From an uncultured virus (IMG/VR IMGVR_UViG_3300037419_002733) (Duplodnaviria > Heunggongvirae > Uroviricota > Caudoviricetes): a stretch of 64,000 nt of DNA. The stretch lies in IMG/VR virus record IMGVR_UViG_3300037419_002733; one strand, given 5' to 3'. Of the stretch, positions 62,149 to 64,000 are shown piece by piece. Under the pieces are notes generated by a model. That model was not told where the DNA came from. It saw only the letters and a program-made list of their open reading frames with translations, and made no database searches. A program made the translations under genes and the position numbers. Each line of letters opens with the position of its first letter. Within the stretch, counting starts at the first letter, position 1.

Positions 62149-63129
62149 ATGCCCCAAAGGATGCGAACCATGCCAGACGCAGATACAGCCCTCGACTGGA
62201 AGCCAGCACGCATCGCCCAGGATGCGACCAACTATTATGTCAAGGCGGTCGCGGATGGCGAAGAAACCACCCATAATTACCGGATTCTCGCGGTCATCCC
62301 CAAGGCATACTCGAAGCCGGTCGTCACCATTCATCAGAATCAACTTGGAGCGACCATCCACGCCCTCTCGACCGCCAAAGTCATCTCTCTCAATTGGGTA
62401 TCGGGATCATATGCCAAAACGGTCAAGGAAGACGCCGACGACAAAGAAGCGTTCGATTGTTTCGTGATCACAGCCAACGACCACCTGTGGAAGCTCGTCC
62501 ACCTCAACGCCAATTACGATTCGCCCCGAGACCGAGGAGAATACACTAGTCTGCCCAAAGCAAGGACCGCAGCCAACAACTTCAAATCCCTCAAGCCTCT
62601 CCCCAAATCGAAAACGACCACTTCACCCAAGTGGTTCGAAGGCATCTACACATCGTCATACGTCCATAACGAAAACCAACTCGCTTATGCCGCCCTCATC
62701 CCCAGCAACAACATCAGTCTTCTCTACATTTTCCGCGATGGAAAGTCCAAGGTCAGTGTCACGCCCTATGTCACGGAAGAAGGTGCCAAGAAAGCATTCG
62801 AGAAGTTCGTTGGTCATGATTATTTGTCCTGGCGACCACTTCACATGATGATCAACGCAATCTCTGTCACTCCGATGAAGACCCATTTCTGGCTCATCTA
62901 TCCTTTCCTGGACAAATACCGGCAAACGATGTTCGCCAACGACAGCGCGAAGCCGGTCGTCAGTCATTTTAAGTCGGTCCACGAAGCCAAGGAAGACGCC
63001 CAAGCCAAAGAAAATCTAAAGCATCTCCCGACCGAGGAACGACGCCCAGAGCCGGTCTCCCAGGAATTACTCAATCGAAACAAACAATCGACCCTCAAAG
63101 CCATCGCTGCCTTCCGGGAATCCTTCTAG
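62149..63129 (+). CDS. Hypothetical protein
   Basis: Long ORF; start uncertain. Confidence 0.7.
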   Translation: MPQRMRTMPDADTALDWKPARIAQDATNYYVKAVADGEETTHNYRILAVIPKAYSKPVVTIHQNQLGATIHALSTAKVISLNWVSGSYAKTVKEDADDKEAFDCFVITANDHLWKLVHLNANYDSPRDRGEYTSLPKARTAANNFKSLKPLPKSKTTTSPKWFEGIYTSSYVHNENQLAYAALIPSNNISLLYIFRDGKSKVSVTPYVTEEGAKKAFEKFVGHDYLSWRPLHMMINAISVTPMKTHFWLIYPFLDKYRQTMFANDSAKPVVSHFKSVHEAKEDAQAKENLKHLPTEERRPEPVSQELLNRNKQSTLKAIAAFRESF

Positions 63130-63259
63130 AATGCCCCCAGAACCAGCGACCCGAAGAAAACGTCCTGTTCCACCATCCCGACCCAAGAGACGCTCCTGGC
63201 TTGACCTGGAGCGTGTTTTTTGATATGATGTTTTGAAACCAAAACGAAAGGATGACCTC

Positions 63260-63994
63260 ATGTTTTTAGTCGCATTCGAATGGAAGGTTTCTCAAGGCGG
63301 GAAATATACCACGCATTACGGCACCAGCACGGTCACCGAGAAGGAATACACTGTCGAGGTCAGTTCCGGTCCTAACAATCTGATCACCCGACTTGTATAC
63401 ACCGGAGACGACGGGGTAGGGCGGGTCCGTCTTTGCGAAAACCCAAAAGAAGCACGCCTTTTAGCTGAGAAAATAGACCAAGAACACATCAAGTCGGTGG
63501 GCAAACTAGAATGGAACGCGATTACAAACCTTCGGTCGGAAGCCCAGAACCAGGCAGGATATTTCTTCATAGTCCATACTTATGTAACAGACAATAAGGC
63601 AACGCTCGTAATTTATAAGCCGGAAGGGGGATATTGGAAATTGCCGTTGACTTATGATTCCATGGCGGATGTCAAGATCATGGCTGATAAGTGCAACTAT
63701 CAGATTCTCACCAAACCCAAACCTAAGAAGACCAAGGAAACCAAGGAATACGGGGAATGCTACATCGCCAACTACGAAGAAGAAGCTGGAACTGAAGTCG
63801 CCAAGGGAGACGAATCCCCGCTCGAACGATTCATCCGATGCCAGCGAGACCTCATCGAGCAAATCAAGTCGCTCAGAGCCGATCGCGATAGTTACGAACA
63901 AGTGGCACTCGATCTTAAGGAGATCGAGCCGAACCTCATGACCGAATTTTACGAACTCAGCAATTATCTTTCGGTAATCCAAGGCTACATGTGA
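63260..63994 (+). CDS. Hypothetical protein
   Basis: TTGACC-17-TATGAT promoter and AAGGA RBS. Confidence 0.7.
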   Translation: MFLVAFEWKVSQGGKYTTHYGTSTVTEKEYTVEVSSGPNNLITRLVYTGDDGVGRVRLCENPKEARLLAEKIDQEHIKSVGKLEWNAITNLRSEAQNQAGYFFIVHTYVTDNKATLVIYKPEGGYWKLPLTYDSMADVKIMADKCNYQILTKPKPKKTKETKEYGECYIANYEEEAGTEVAKGDESPLERFIRCQRDLIEQIKSLRADRDSYEQVALDLKEIEPNLMTEFYELSNYLSVIQGYM

Positions 63995-64000
63995 CCAACA

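Noticed and set aside
1..64000. Genome-wide TAG reassignment (code 15)
   Set aside because: Long genes are intact under code 11 and several end in TAG at natural domain ends. Only the Pth2-like gene shows an internal TAG.
1..64000. tRNA, rRNA or cas genes
   Set aside because: No recognisable cloverleaf, rRNA or Cas motifs seen.

Overview
This window reads as part of a large (jumbo/huge) dsDNA phage genome using standard code 11. It has dense, mostly + strand hypothetical ORFs, a diverged T4 gp23-like capsid homolog, and translation and chaperone genes (IleRS, Pth2-like, GroES, DnaJ). It also encodes a sigma70-family factor, UvrD, RuvB, ArdC, a 2H phosphoesterase, three DNA methyltransferases and glycosyltransferases. 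Planctomycete-style c-type cytochrome proteins and a Tat-signal protein suggest a Planctomycetota host (inference). The non-coding layer is the most interesting part: (1) a cas-less 13-repeat type I-B-like CRISPR array plus two solitary copies of the same repeat 42-50 kb away; (2) a six-copy phage-specific upstream motif, one copy of which sits directly before a solitary repeat; (3) a ~350-nt pseudoknotted RNA candidate back-to-back with an orphan TnpB-type omegaRNA end; (4) a Pth2-like gene whose RBS-linked start reads ATG-TTG-TAG, implying stop-codon readthrough control. All protein calls come from motifs recognised by eye. No searches were run.
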